A stretch of 63,365 nt of DNA, the filler included, from Octopus bimaculoides (taxonomy: Eukaryota): NCBI RefSeq assembly GCF_001194135.2. It is 6 parts of 6 records of this genome, joined end to end, with 100 filler letters (N's around TTAATTAATTAA, not from the genome) between each part and the next. Parts side by side here need not be neighbours in the genome. Positions count along the whole stretch, not along the records: positions 1 to 18,974 come from NC_068987.1; 5 more parts are not named here. The stretch is one strand, 5' to 3'. Position 1 is the stretch's first letter, and each line of letters begins with the position of its first letter. The translations under genes were made by a program, and so were the position numbers. This document shows positions 1-15,340 of this stretch, one piece after another. The notes beneath the pieces are model-generated. The model was not told the origin of the DNA and did no database searches. It worked only from the letters and a program-made list of their open reading frames with translations.

Positions 1-28
1 ATATAGAGAGAGAGAGAGAGAGAGAGAG

Positions 29-100
<72 letters not shown>

Positions 101-1879
101 TGTGTGTGTGTATGTGTGCATACATATATTTTCATATATAGTTTAAAACAAGCTGAGTTTGACTTTACATTTCCCTCCTCCAGGGTCAGTAAAATACAAA
201 GAAGTATTTAGTAAGGTCTCGATTAATCCACATTATATCTCCTTTGTAAACACCGACCTTGTATCTTGTCAAAAGTAAAGAAAAACGTAGAATTGTAGTT
301 GTGTTATGTTTTGCTCTCAGCATTGAGCTCAAAGCAAAGTACTGAATATTTCTGCCGCAGGTCATGGCTTACAACACATTGTGAACATTTATGTTACAGA
401 GATCAAGTTCATTCAATGCAGATATCATGTTTTACATTTTGTAATTGTACCTTTTACTGTAGAACACATTTTCTTCTTTTAAATCGTGATTCTATATCAT
501 TGTTTGACTTTGAAAATAGTTTCAAGCCATTTATAATTTATTATATTTTTTCCAACTGAATTTTCTGTGGATTCAATATTTTCTGTGATCGGCTAAGGAT
601 TACCTCATATAGAAAAAGCAATACAGACTATGATTTCTCTCAGTGTATAATTTCGCTGGACGTTAGTTTGCTGGAGGTGAACATTAGATATATTAGAACT
701 TCTTTGACAAATCTTCCAACATTTTATAACTTTCAAATGCAGTGATTCTTAAGAGATAAAAAGAAATTGTGGTAAGCTCTCGGTAAGCTTTTGCTAAAAC
801 TGGTACACCATAAGGAAGTGTTTAACATTACTTACATCTGATATACCAACAATTTCCAGACGGTGGGGGAAAAGGTCGACCACAGTATCTTACCTTCAAC
901 AAGACCAATGAGAATGAATTTATCTCTAGTTACTCAATAACCACGGATGGTTCATGTGTCTGCTATTCGTCTACATATAGAATTGCAGCTGACCATTTTA
1001 ATAAAGTATAAGGTTCTGAATTCATGATATCTAATGGTTACAGTTTACTTTGTTATGTCTATGAGCAAGCAATTTTTTTCTTGTCTCACCCACCCAAGGT
1101 TTAGAAGTTGGAGAAAATGGAGAAGATAGAGTGGAGTGCATAATCTATTCATTGGATTTTTATGATTAAATATTTAGGAAATGTATTAAAAATGTTTAAG
1201 TATTTTATATACTGCAAAAGTATAAGCAATTTATTACACATAAATTTTAACAAAATCTTATATAGACTCTCAAGAGCCATTTGAATCTCGGTTGAGAATC
1301 ATAGCTCTAGTTGTTAATGAATTGGTGAGACGCTACAGCGTCCTATTTATATTGGAGCTGCTGTTGATCCCCATTAATCTGGATACCATTCCCTGCTGTT
1401 AATAACATAATCTTCTTATAGAGGTACAAACCCTCGGTTGTGGGGATAGATTTTAGTCGATTAGAACAGCTCCTTTGTTCTACAACTGCTGCATATTAAA
1501 TCGAACGCTGGAGAATGAAGAGAAAAGTTGACCTCGGCATAATTTGAACTATTTCGTTATCCAGAACTGTTAAACCTAAAATTCAAAAGCAAAAAGAAAG
1601 AAAGAAAGAAATATATGTGTACAGAATGAACTGAGATGAAGTGTGTATCGTAATTTGCATATGTTTATTTTAAGTTCTTTTCCTTTACTTGTTTCAGCCA
1701 TTAGAAAGCTGCCACGCTGGGGCACCGCCTTGAAAAGTGTTTAGTCGAATGAATCGACCCCAGAGCTTATTTGTTTTAATCCTAGTACTTACAGTACTTT
1801 TTCTATCGGTCTCTTTTGCCGAACCGCTTGGTTACGGAGATGTAAGCACACCAACAACGGTTGTAAAGCCGTAGTGGAG

Positions 1880-1940
<61 letters not shown>

Positions 1941-4124
1941 NNNNNNNNNNNNNNNNNNNNNNNNNNNNNNNNNNNNNNNNNNNNNNNNNNNNNNNNNNNN
2001 NNNNNNNNNNNNNNNNNNNNNNNNNNNNNNNNNNNNNNNNNNNNNNNNNNNNNNNNNNNNNNNNNNNNNNNNNNNNNNNNNNNNNNNNNNNNNNNNNNNN
2101 NNNNNNNNNNNNNNNNNNNNNNNNNNNNNNNNNNNNNNNNNNNNNNNNNNNNNNNNNNNNNNNNNNNNNNNNNNNNNNNNNNNATATATATATATATATA
2201 CGACGGGCTTCTTTTCAGTCCCCGTCTACCAAATTCACTCACAGTGCTTTGGTCGGCCCGACATAAAATTCTTTACTACTTTCATATTTAAAAGAAACAT
2301 TTATGAATTTACTATTTTCATATTCAAAATATAATGAAACACGTAAACAATAAGAATAAACAGCATGAACATATTTCAGTGGGTTGTGTAGTCCCGTTTA
2401 ATCAAACGATAACAGATCGGTATTACGAACAATAGTAAACATTAAGGAAATAGAATCCCCTCAAAGTATAACGAATAATTTATTACAAAACAATAATTCT
2501 TTCAATTACCTCCCTTTTTCTTTCTTTTTCTCTTTTTACTTCCGATGTCAAATATTCATAATACAATCTAATACGGAAGAGCATATTAGATTGCACTTCA
2601 TGATAAGGATTAAGCTGAACCGATATCTATAGAATAAAATTATTAAAGACTTCCCCGCTGAGTTATTGAATCGGCTATCATATTTCTAATAGTAGCGAGG
2701 TCAAAGCGAAAACGACTGGCGAGTTTTGTACCGAGTGCAGGTCGTTAATAAATAATTAACAAGGCAAAAACTTAACATTCTCTCTGTGAGTAGAACTTTA
2801 ATTTTCCTTTCAACTTTGTCTTCTTGGTGCTGTTAATTGCCGTCTATTATGTTATTTGTAACTCTAGGTTGCACTGCAGGAGGAAGTTCAAGTCCGTAGC
2901 TGATGGAGTCCATGTTTCGAAAGACGAAGAAGAAGAAGAAGGAAGAAAGAAAAAGAAAAGGGAAAATGAAGATACAAGTTATAAAGAATGATTAATCATC
3001 TTGTATTCTGTTGTACATAACATCATAACATGATAAACAATGCACGGCTATGCTTGTGCGTGTGTACATTATGAATATCATAGGTTAAGTGACTGTAGCA
3101 TAGAGTGTCACTTATATAAAGTTTATGAAGTATGGCTGTTTAAGTAAATAGCAAATAAATGTTTTAGGATTGCCACTAATCTCCTTTCTCATTCGATTTG
3201 GTCAACCGCTAATTTACGTTTGGGACATAACAGGGTACAACAAAACCAACAACAGGTTTCAGATTGGTGTGAATATTGAGGAATTCGGCGGAACTTGAAG
3301 TAGATAAAGCTCTGAATAATGGTTTCAAATTTGGGCCCAGGACCAGCAATTTTAAGGGAGGAGTAAGTTTAACTGACACTTATTTTATCAACCGTGAAAT
3401 GGGTGAAAGGCAAAGGTGACTTTGGCGGAATTTCAAGCACAGCGTAAAGAGCCGGAAGAAATTCCACCGAGCATTTTGCCCGACCAGTTAACGATTCTAC
3501 CAGTTCATCCGTTTCAGTTAAAGCTAAAAATAATTACGTGTAGATATTGGATTAAAAAACCCTACAAAAAATGTGAGCCCGTGTTTCACAATCAGCTTTC
3601 AATTATTTCTATGCAAAGGGATTTTTAACCCGATATTTACACGTTATTATTTGTAGCATTATCTACTCCGAATTCCACCGTTAAAGAGGAATCTCTCGAA
3701 TTTTTAAAATCCTTATGAAGTAAACAACAGAGAAATCCGTACATACCTAGATTCTTGGAGAGAGACGATCTTAACGATCTTCAGTAACAGGGAACTTTAT
3801 CCATGGAACTAATCCATATTTTAACAGGACCTGAAAATTCAGGTCTGCCTAACTGAGGAATTGCAGATATTTCACACCTGTCTCAATAAGAAGTGTGAAA
3901 TATTCGCTAAATATCGTAATAGGGGACATATTTCCAGGAAATAGCCAGGCATTAGACAGCGGCCATGTTGGGGCACCGCCTTGAAGAATTCTAGTCGAAA
4001 GAATCGACCCCAGTACTTATCCTTTTAAAGCCTGTTACTTATTCTATCGGGCCCCCTTTGCTGCACCGCTAAGTCTCGAGGACATAAACACACCATCACC
4101 GGCTGTCAAACGGTAGTAGGGGAT

Positions 4125-4174
<50 letters not shown>

Positions 4175-4184
4175 NNNNNNNNNN

Positions 4185-4219
<35 letters not shown>

Positions 4220-4957
4220 CAGTTTCCGTCTACTAAATCCATTCACAAAGCTTCGATCGGCCCGAAGCTTTAGTAGAAGACACTTGTCCAAGGTATCACG
4301 CAGTGGAACTGAACCAGGAACCATGTGGTTAGGAAGCAATCTTCTCACCACACACCTGCCCCTTATAGTAATTAATTACGCATCCAGTGGCTCGGTGGAG
4401 TGGGTTATGAATAACTAAGTGTCACAGTCCTTAACACATCATGGTACTAATAGCAAGGTACGTAACCTCGACCCCCACCCCGACTGGTTGTCTGGATTAT
4501 CTTATCTTCACCATAAATACTTTTAAAAAGCAGGTGAAGATTGAATAATTAACAAGCAGGAAACAACTCGGTTGTGTGCTTAAGAAGTTCGCTTCTCAAC
4601 CATTTTTACTTCCGTGTTCTGTCCCCCTGCACAGTATCTTGGAAAAGCGGTTTCTACTAGCCTCTTCCTTTAAGTGAAATTTGATTTAAGGAAACTGTAT
4701 GGAAGCTCGTCACATGAAGGTGTAGGCGTGGCTGGGTGTGTGGTAAGGTGTTTGCTTTCCAACTACATTTTCCCGTGTTCAGTTCCACTGCGTGGCACCT
4801 TGGGGAAGTATCTTCTACTCCATAAATCCCGGGCTAACCAAAGCCTTGTGAGTGGATCCGATATATGATGGGCTTATTTCAGTCTCTATCTATATGTATG
4901 TGTGTGTACATGTGCGTATTCCCGTGTGTCTGTATGTGTGAGTGAGTGTATATGTGC

Positions 4958-4989
<32 letters not shown>

Positions 4990-5219
4990 CTTTGTATCTG
5001 TGCTTCCCCACCTCCACTTGACAACCGGTTTGGTGAGCTTACGTCCCCGTAGACTTAGCGGTCCGGCCAAAGCGTCCGATTGAATAAGTAACAGGCTTAA
5101 AACTAAGTAATGGAGGTGATTCATTCGACTAACGTTCATTAGTTTATAATTTAAAGTTTATTTATAACTTGCAAGACGCTTCATTCCTAATACCAAACAG
5201 ATGCTACTAGAATCACCAG

Positions 5220-5267
<48 letters not shown>

Positions 5268-5525
5268 ATTGTTATACTTGCGGGTGGTCATATTTTGCTT
5301 TGCCAACTAAACATACACACTATATATTTGGTCTTTTCTTTAGTTATTATTATTATTATTTTGGTTTCTTTGTCAAAGCTCGACACACACCCTGTGACCT
5401 CTTCAGCAACTTTTATCCCACGTGTCGCCGCTTCTACTTTCTACTTATACCAAGATGTGTATGCATCTGTGTGTGTGTGCGCGCGTCTATACGTGTAAAC
5501 GCACACACACACACACACACACATA

Positions 5526-5581
<56 letters not shown>

Positions 5582-5884
5582 AACATACACACACTCATAC
5601 TGTCATTAGCTCGTTCTGGACAATTCTCTATCCCATTTCACGTGACTGATAGCTTTAGACTGCTGGTCACACAGAGGTTTGATATTTTTGTTAGCATCTA
5701 ATGAGATGTTTTCAAAACAGAACATTCTACAGTGGAAGACATTCTGCAAAGTACAATCTCGCATATTTCATTTATACGTTGACTCTTTTGCTTCTTCCGC
5801 TTTATAGACATAAGCCACAGCCCCAAATAATATATAATTTGTATAAACTTTTGTTGAGCACTTTGTGTGAAAAATATCTCAAGG

Positions 5885-6645
5885 AGGCGAGCTGGCAGAA
5901 ACGTTAGCTAGCCGGGCGAAATGCTTAGCGGTATTTCGTCTGTCTTTATGTTCTGAGCTCAAATTCCGCCGAGGTCGACTTTGCTTTTCATCCTTCTGGG
6001 GTTGATAAATTAAATACCAGTTACATCCTGGGGTCGATCTAATCGATTGTCCCCCTCCAAATTTCTGGTTTTGTGACTAGAGTACAAAAGAATATATACC
6101 CTGTGAATAATGGTTTCAAATTTTGCCACAGGGGCAGCCATTTGGGGGTGGGGCAGGCGGGGATAAGTCAATTCCATCAACCCCAGTGTTTTATTGGTAC
6201 TTAATTTATCGACCCCGAAAGAATGAAAGTCAAAGTCGACTTCGGCGGAATTTGAACTCAGAACGAAACGACGGTCGAAATGCCGCTAAGCATTTCGTCC
6301 AGTGTGGTAACGATTCAGCCAGTTTACCGCTTTAATACCCTATGAATAGTATAATAAAGGCAAGGCTAACATGTCGGTCGGTTTAACGCCACCGCTTATG
6401 ACTTGGGTGACACAGGCCGAGAAAATTTAGCGATCACTGTTGACTGTAAAATTTATCGGAACAATAGACAAATGAGTTCTCCAAGGGCAAATCCAACACT
6501 TGTCACCTTTAGGCTACGAACAGTGGGGTGAGGCGATAATAATTTCCGACATTGAGTGGTAGGCTTAGCATGACTCCCAATTTAACACCATCAGCTTTTG
6601 TATTAGATTGTTCTATCTCATGGAAGCAATCAGTTTAGTTACCTT

Positions 6646-6689
<44 letters not shown>

Positions 6690-7400
6690 NNNNNNNNNNN
6701 NNNNNNNNNNNNNNNNNNNNNNNNNNNNNNNNNNNNNNNNNNNNNNNNNNNNNNNNNNNNNNNNNNNNNNNNNNNNNNNNNNNNNNNNNNNNNNNNNNNN
6801 NNNNNNNNNNNNNNNNNNNNNNNNNNNNNNNNNNNNNNNNNNNNNNNNNNNNNNNNNNNNNNNNNNNNNNNNNNNNNNNNNNNNNNNNNNNNNNNNNNNN
6901 NNNNNNNNNNGGGTTCTTGAACTAACTCAATCATACATAGGGGCAGGCATGGTTGTGTGGTAAGAAGCTTGCTTCCCAACCACATGGCATTTCGCCCGGT
7001 GTGCTAAACATAGAAGGGATATATAAGGACAGACAAAGGGATTGAGTCGGTTACATCGACCTCAGTGCGTAACTGGTATTTAATTTATCGACCCCAAAAG
7101 TGTGAAAGGCAAAGTCGACCTCGGCGGAATACTGCTAAGCATTTTGCCCGGCGTGCTAACGTTTCTTATTTCTTTATTGCCCAACAAAGGGCTAAACATA
7201 GAGGGGACAAACAAGGACAGACAAAGGGATTAAGTGGATTACATCTATCCCAGTGCATAACTGGTACGTATTTAATCGACCCAGATAGGATGAAAGGCAA
7301 AGTCGACCTCGGCGGAATTTGAACTCAGAACGTAACGGCAGACGAAACGACGCTAAGCATTTCGCCTGGCGTGCTAACGTTTCTGCCAGCTCGCCACCTC
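5885..7400. mobile_element. Cluster of family A SINEs (one + copy, three - copies)
   Basis: gtcgactttgc(c)tttcatcc core at 5975 (+) and its reverse complement at about 6230, 7110 and 7295. Confidence 0.85.
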
Positions 7401-7597
7401 TCGATAAGATATAAGAGTTCTATTACTAACCTGTTGCATAATAGAATAGACGACTTTAAAAAGTGTGACAAGTTGTTATATTTGTGTGTTTAGTCTTCGC
7501 TTTTTCCTTTTGAGATTAATAAGCCTTGAATTTAGTAATCTCCAAAAGAACAAACCAGTACTACACTCCCCAGGAATCAAGAAAGGACCAGTTACAA

Positions 7598-7628
<31 letters not shown>

Positions 7629-7900
7629 AGTACATTAATGGCGTCATATCTCAACACGGGCCCAGATGGTCTTCGGAAAGTCCGGGAAGGATTTTGGTGG
7701 AAAGTTAGTGCGGAGGGAGAAAAAGTGCGAAATAAATAAATAATTTACTCCATTAATAAATTTAGAAAATGAGAATGAATAAGTAAAATAAAATAAAAAT
7801 TAAAAAAAAAACATGAAAAATAAGTATAAAGAAAACAAACAGATGAAACATAAAAAAAACCACATTGAGACAAAGAAAATAAGTGAGAGAGGGAAAGTGG

Positions 7901-7970
<70 letters not shown>

Positions 7971-8063
7971 GAGGGAAGAGGAGGAGGAAGAGAGACTCAG
8001 ATGATAGAAAAAGCCTAATGACTAGAAAAGAAGGCTAGACTGAAGTTAAAAAAGAAGGCTAGC

Positions 8064-9760
<1,697 letters not shown>

Positions 9761-9843
9761 ACTATTCAGTAAAAGAGAAGAATAACAATGATGTTTCGCT
9801 CATGTACAGCGGGGAGGGGAATTGATTAGGGAGTCATTAAGGA

Positions 9844-10005
9844 CTAAGAATTGATCGACGGGAGGTGTGCATATGTGATAGTTAGGAACGTAACGATACC
9901 GAAGCTGAGAGCTACAAGCAGACAGCTGAACAAAAATGTCGCTCCCGGTTCTATGACGGCGTTAAGTCCTCCGTTGACCCCCGAGTTGCCTATTCGGTCG
10001 GGCAC
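9844..10005 (-). CDS. Putative terminal exon of an unidentified gene with a hydrophobic C-terminus (GPI signal or TM helix)
   Basis: Minus strand: gctaat branch-like motif, then cttctccagcag|GTG. Reads VPDRIGNSGVNGGLNAVIEPGATFLFSCLLVALSFGIVTFLTITYAHLPSINS*. Unique, GC-balanced island between microsatellites. Confidence 0.6.
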   Translation of the reverse strand: MPDRIGNSGVNGGLNAVIEPGATFLFSCLLVALSFGIVTFLTITYAHLPSINS

Positions 10006-11266
10006 CTGCTGGAGAAGTTCAACTCTTTTGTAACGAAATTAGCACTGTTAGCAAGCAGCAGCAGCAGCAGCAGTAGCACCCTTTTGCTTGTTGTTATTGT
10101 TGTTGTTGTTGTTTATATTTTGATCATTTATTTTATTGTATTTTTGTTTTACCTTTTTTTTTTCATTTTTTAAAAAATTCACAATGCATTCTCCGTTCTC
10201 TATACTCCTTTGTCTCTTTCTATCTGTCTTTATCTCCTGACTACACCCTGTGTGTNNNNNNNNNNNNNNNNNNNNNNNNNNNNNNNNNNNNNNNNNNNNN
10301 NNNNNNNNNNNNNNNNNNNNNNNNNNNNNNNNNNNNNNNNNNNNNNNNNNNNNNNNNNNNNNNNNNNNNNNNNNNNNNNNNNNNNNNNNNNNNNNNNNNN
10401 NNNNNNNNNNNNNNNNNNNNNNNNNNNNNNNNNNNNNNNNNNNNNNNNNNNNNNNNNNNNNNNNNNNNNNNNNNNNNNNNNNNNNNNNNNNNNNNNNNNN
10501 NNNNNNNNNNNNNNNNNNNNNNNNNNNNNNNNNNNNNNNNNNNNNNNNNNNNNNNNNNNNNNNNNNNNNNNNNNNNNNNNNNNNNNNNNNNNNNNNNNNN
10601 NNNNNNNNNNNNNNNNNNNNNNNNNNNNNNNNNNNNNNNNNNNNNNNNNNNNNNNNNNNNNNNNNNNNNNNNNNNNNNNNNNNNNNNNNNNNNNNNNNNN
10701 NNNNNNNNNNNNNNNNNNNNNNNNNNNNNNNNNNNNNNNNNNNNNNNNNNNNNNNNNNNGTGTGTGTGTGTGAATGTGTGTGTATGTGTGTGGATGTGTG
10801 TGTGGATGTGTGTGTGTATGTGTGTATATATATATATGTATATCCACAAGGTATATGTATGTTAGTGTATGTGTGTGATTGTGTTAGTGTGTGTGTGTTA
10901 GTGTGTGTTTGTGTATGTGAGTTAGTGTGCCTGTGTGTGTGACCGCATCTTTTTCTATACTCAACTTTTTTTGTCAATCCACTTTTATTTTTGTCTTTCA
11001 TCTTTTCTTCCATTTCCCCACCCTTTTCACACCCGTTACTCTTTCGCTCCTCCTTCTCTTCCTCCTGCTCCTCCACCTCTGCCCCTGCATCCCACCTGTC
11101 TCCCCATCTCCCCATCTCCCCTTCCCTCACTGCTCCTCCACCTCGCCCCTCCCTTCCTCCCCTTCCTCCACCCATACTAATTGCTGGTGTAGTAGTAGCA
11201 GTAGCAGTAGTAATCACCAGTTTTAATTGTCATAGTTCTGAGGATGCTAGTGTTCAACTAAATGCT

Positions 11267-11341
11267 GGTTATGGCGAAGGTGGCTATGGTGATAGTTGCT
11301 ATGGCGATGGTAGCTATGGTGATGGTGGTTATGATGATAAC
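11267..11341 (+). repeat. 15-bp minisatellite, 5 units (ggctatggtgatggt consensus)
   Basis: ggttatggcgaaggt/ggctatggtgatagt/tgctatggcgatggt/agctatggtgatggt/ggttatgatgataac. Confidence 0.85.
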
Positions 11342-11614
11342 AAATCACAAATGCTTTTCTGGTGGTACGGTTTGGTAGTAACGATTCACTTGTTGATTTT
11401 CCCAGACTCACTCTAATCCAGTTATGTTATTATTAAATCCTTTCTACCATAAGAACAAAGCCAAACATTTAGCTGAAGGGCCTCATCAATTACTTGTGTT
11501 CAGCTGGTTATTATTTTATCGACCTCGATATGATGAAAAGCTCAAATCGATCTCTTTGTAATCGACTAGTCTCCTCCCTGAATTTCAGGCCTTGTGCCTA
11601 TAGTAAAAAGAATA

Positions 11615-11842
11615 GCACCCGGAGTGCCAGCAAGCGCTCGCAGTCTTCTTCCAGTCGCGCAATACAGTCGGTGGAAGTTCCAAACTGGAGTTCTATAAGA
11701 GATTATCAACGACGCCTGCAGGGAAACTGGACGCTGATGGAGGCCAATCAGCTGGTTTGTACCGGAGGACTTTCGGGCCTATGGATAATTTCGGGGCCTA
11801 TGGATAATTCCCAGAAATCCCTGGACTGATAGTGCAAACGGG
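11615..11842 (+). mobile_element. Second, shorter copy of the same L1/Tx1 fragment
   Basis: Roughly 90-95% identical by eye to 13778-14005, with the same 5' junction and the same internal tandem duplication (ttcgggcctatggataat)x2. Confidence 0.8.
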
Positions 11843-12524
11843 ACAAGTCGATCAAGTCGATCTCTGACGTAATGCTACAATATAATGCTAAGCAGGATTG
11901 TGTCCACCTTTACGACCAGAGTTCAAATCCCGCCGTGGTCGACTTAGCCTTCCATAGATTAAGCACGACTCCAGCACTGGGATCGATGTAATTGTCTAGT
12001 CTCCCTCCTTAATATTTTAGGCCTAGAATAGAAAGGATTATTATTATTGTTATCCTCAAAGCCGGTGACCTGACAGAATCGTTAGTACGCCGGACAAAAA
12101 GCCTAACGGCATTTCGTCGGTCTTTACGTTCTGAGTTCAAATTCCACCGACGTCGACTTTGCCTTTCATCCACTCAGGGTCGATAAAGTAAGTACCCGTT
12201 GCGATGTAATCGAATAGCTCCCTTCCCCCAAAATTTCAGGCCTTCTGCCCAAGTGAGAACGGAAAGGGAACTAGATAGCAGTTCTCTTTCCATCCAGTTT
12301 GTGAAAAGAGAAAGAACTGTGCCAAAAATGGATAGAATGAATGGCCGTTCTCAAAGTATGCGCCTTTAGATTGGAGATCAGGAGAGAGAGATCGTATCTT
12401 TGGTGGCCAGGGTAATCCTGGATCTGTGGGGATACTTTGTTTGGCCCTAGCTGGAGTTTCTCCTGTATCAAGAGGACGGCATCATTCATGTGATCTTATT
12501 TTTTGTATACCATGCATATTTTTA

Positions 12525-12830
12525 GTGGAGGCACATGGCCCAGTGGTTAGAGCAGCGGACTCGCGGTCGAGGTGTCGCGGATTCGAAACTCAGACCGGGC
12601 GATGCATGTGTTTATGAAAGAAACACCTAAGCTCCACGCGGCTCCGGCAGAAGGTAATAGCGAACTTCTGCTGACTCTTTCGCTGCAACTTTCTCTCCTC
12701 CTGCACCTAACAGCTCACCTGCGACGTATCGGCGTTCTGTCCATGTGGGGAACCTATATGCCAATGAAACCAGGAAACCAGCCCTCATGAGCCAAGCATG
12801 GCTTAATAAAGAACAAACAACAACATGTTG
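12525..12830 (+). mobile_element. tRNA-Arg-derived SINE with the same head and core as 41558 but a different 3' tail
   Basis: gtggaggcacatggcccagtggttagagcagcggactcgcggtc...aaacacctaagctccacgcggctccggcag; ends in (CAA)n. A 5' fragment on the - strand lies at about 38240-38300. Confidence 0.8.
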
Positions 12831-12964
12831 TTTTACCGCATTTCATTTCTTTCATTTCTTCCCCACCCCATCCTCTATGTAAATCCTCACACAGCTTGTT
12901 TTCTGTCCTTGTGATGTTACCCTCATCTTAGCTCTGTGACTAATAAAAGAAATTATTATCATTA

Positions 12965-13450
12965 TTACTGAGTGAGAGTAGTGCATGCCACTGGGGTAAA
13001 CAATACGAAGCCCAGTATACTCATCATGACTACCCGTCTGGTAAGGGTACATTAGGCACATGCATCATAACCATATGTGTGCAACATAGTGATCTCATAT
13101 CAGGATAAACAGCGCTTGACTTTGCTCAGTTAAAATTTTCTCAAAAGGTCTCTGAATAAGGGTTGTTTTAGGATACTGAACGAAACACCTATGTTTCCAG
13201 AGGTGAAATTCACCAAAATTTCTCTCAACACATGGCTATGATGCTCCTCCAATGCTTCTGCTCGTGATCAGAGATGCACATATCGTCAGCCACTAAGTGA
13301 CAAGCTCAACTGGTTCAGGTCAAGCATATCTGTTGTATTGCTGTAGTTCATCTTTTATACTAAGACAAAGCATGTACGTGATAACACTTCCAGTCAGTTA
13401 AGATCAGAAGCCATGAAAGTCAGTACCTGGTACTGCATCAGGACATTTAT
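12965..13450 (-). mobile_element. Second copy (opposite orientation) of the about 545-bp (AAT)n-associated element
   Basis: Shares gccatgaaag, ttaagatcagaag, gataacacttccagtcag and cgaaacacc blocks with the reverse complement of 36277-36820. Confidence 0.75.
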
Positions 13451-13507
13451 TTATTTCTTTATTAATTATTGTTGATGTTATCATCATCATCATCATCATC
13501 ATCATCG

Positions 13508-13571
<64 letters not shown>

Positions 13572-13574
13572 GAC

Positions 13575-15340
13575 GCTGAGCTGGTAGAGTCGTTAGCACG
13601 CCAGACGAAATGCTGCTAAGCACTTTGTCGTTACGTTCTGAGGTTAAATTCCGAGGTTGACTTTGCCTTTCATCCTTTTGGTGTCGATAATATAAATACC
13701 AGTTGAGTACTGGAGTCGTTGTAATCAACTAGTCCCCTCTCTGAATTTCGGGCCTTCTGCCTATAGTAGAAAGGATTGCACTCGGAGTGCCAACAAGCGC
13801 TCGCAGCCTTCTTCCAGTCGCGCAATACTGTCGGTGGAAGTTCCAAACTGGAATTCTATAAGAGATTAGCAACGACGCCTGCGGGGAAACTGGACGTTGA
13901 TGGAGGTCAATCAGCTGGTTTGTACCGGAGGGCTTTCGGGCCTATGGATAATTTCGGGGCCTATGGATAATTCCCAGAAATCCCTGGATTGATAGTGTAA
14001 ACGGGGTCAGTGCCGGTTCAAGACTATCCCTTTAGACACGGAAGCGCTGTCGGACGAACCTGTCCGAGATGTGCACAGAGCGATGAAACCGTTTTGAATC
14101 ATTCACCTACTGTTCGGGTATTGTTGACTTGTGAAACTTTGTCGAACTGATGTTGTCGCGAGTAGGGCGGATCGGGTAATCGGTTTCTTTCTTTCTTTTT
14201 TTTTTGCCGGGAAGGGCAGGCAGTTTTCCTGTCTGGTGTCTATGGCGAAAGGAGTAGTGTGGTAGACAAGATTTGAAATGATTTAAGACAAATACTTTCC
14301 TTTTCGGCCAAGTTCCACTTGAAAAGGAAAGTGAGGATGGAGGCGGAAGTGTTCCTCCTCACTCCAGTAATTTTGTTGAAACGTGGGTGAATGTGGTGAG
14401 GATGGCTCGTGTAAATGGCCTACTCTGAAATGCACTTGTAAGCCGGAGGAGATGACGAGGAGAGATGTTGCTGCCTGGGATGCTCTTGGAGATCAGAACG
14501 AGCAGAATGTGTGGCGTTTCTGGGTTGCCCATGAACGGAAGTTACCCCTTTTAGTGAATTATTTTGTTTAAATTTTGTTGTTAATTGTTATAGTTTTATT
14601 GTTGCTTACACGTGTTTGTATTAAACCCCACTTTTCCCTAGTTTTTGGATTGTCTTTTACTTTTGTTCTGCATTCGGCCCTTGCAGCGAGCAGACAAAAT
14701 CGTTAGCACGCCGGACGAAATACTTAGCAGCATATCGTTCATTTTTACATTTTGAGTTCAAGCCGAGGTCGACTTTGCCTTTCATCCTTTCGGGGTCGAT
14801 GAAATAAGTACTAGTTGATCACTGGGGTCGATGTAATCGACCAGTCCCTCTACCTACAAACTCGAGGCCTTGTGCCTAAAGTTGAAACAGGGGATCAAGT
14901 TGGCAGAATCGTTAGCAAGGCGGACAAAATACATGGTTACATTTCTTCCGACTTCTTACGTTCTGAGTTCAATTCCTGCCGATCTCAGCTTTGCTTTTTA
15001 TCTTTCTAATATCGATAAATAAGTACCAGTTACTAGAGACGGCTAACCCCCTCCCCTATCCCCAGATTTCAGACCTTATGCCTATAGCAGAAAGGGTCAT
15101 TATTATTATTATTTAAAGACCGTGAGCTGGCAGAGTTGTTGGCGCATCGGACGAAATACTTAGCGGCATTTCTTCCGAATCTTTACGTTCTGAGTTCAAA
15201 TCTCACCGAGGTCAACTTAGCCTTTCATCCTTTCGGAAATCGATAAAATAAAGTAAGAGACACATACAAGGATCGATGTAATCAACTGACCCCCTCCCCA
15301 TCCCACCACCAAATCGCTGACCTTGTGTCAAAATTAGGAA
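13575..15340 (+). mobile_element. Head-to-tail family A SINE copies (13575, 14680, 14890, 15120) around the L1 fragment
   Basis: Repeated gagctggcaga...gttctgagttcaa...ctttcatcc...gtcgatgtaatc...ccttgtgcctatag. Further copies at about 3315, 12060, 19735, 28765, 28990, 38455, 38690, 44490, 44605, 50120, 55745, 55985 and 56680. Confidence 0.85.
13778..14680 (+). mobile_element. L1/Tx1-clade LINE, 3' ORF2 remnant (post-RT zinc-knuckle region), decayed
   Basis: Frameshifted peptides GPMDNSQKSL, RHGSAVGRTCPRCAQSDETVLNH (CxxC...ET..H) and FVETWVNVVRMARVNG, followed by a T-rich 3' UTR. Confidence 0.75.

Noticed and set aside
2870-2990. Possible plus-strand terminal exon (LHCRRKFKSVADGVHVSKDEEEEE...)
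   Set aside because: Half of it is (GAA)n-derived, there is no partner exon or homology, and an alternative minus frame is equally open.
9886-10173. Open plus-strand frame antisense to the putative terminal exon (ERNDTEAESYKQ...)
   Set aside because: No start codon, a poor acceptor, and it runs into (AGC)n/(TTG)n. The minus-strand reading has better splice signals.
10991-11416. ORF with GYGDG repeats resembling a Gly/Tyr-rich structural protein
   Set aside because: Built from a C-rich low-complexity tract plus a 15-bp minisatellite. No splice or homology support, and it is antisense within the putative minus-strand gene intron.
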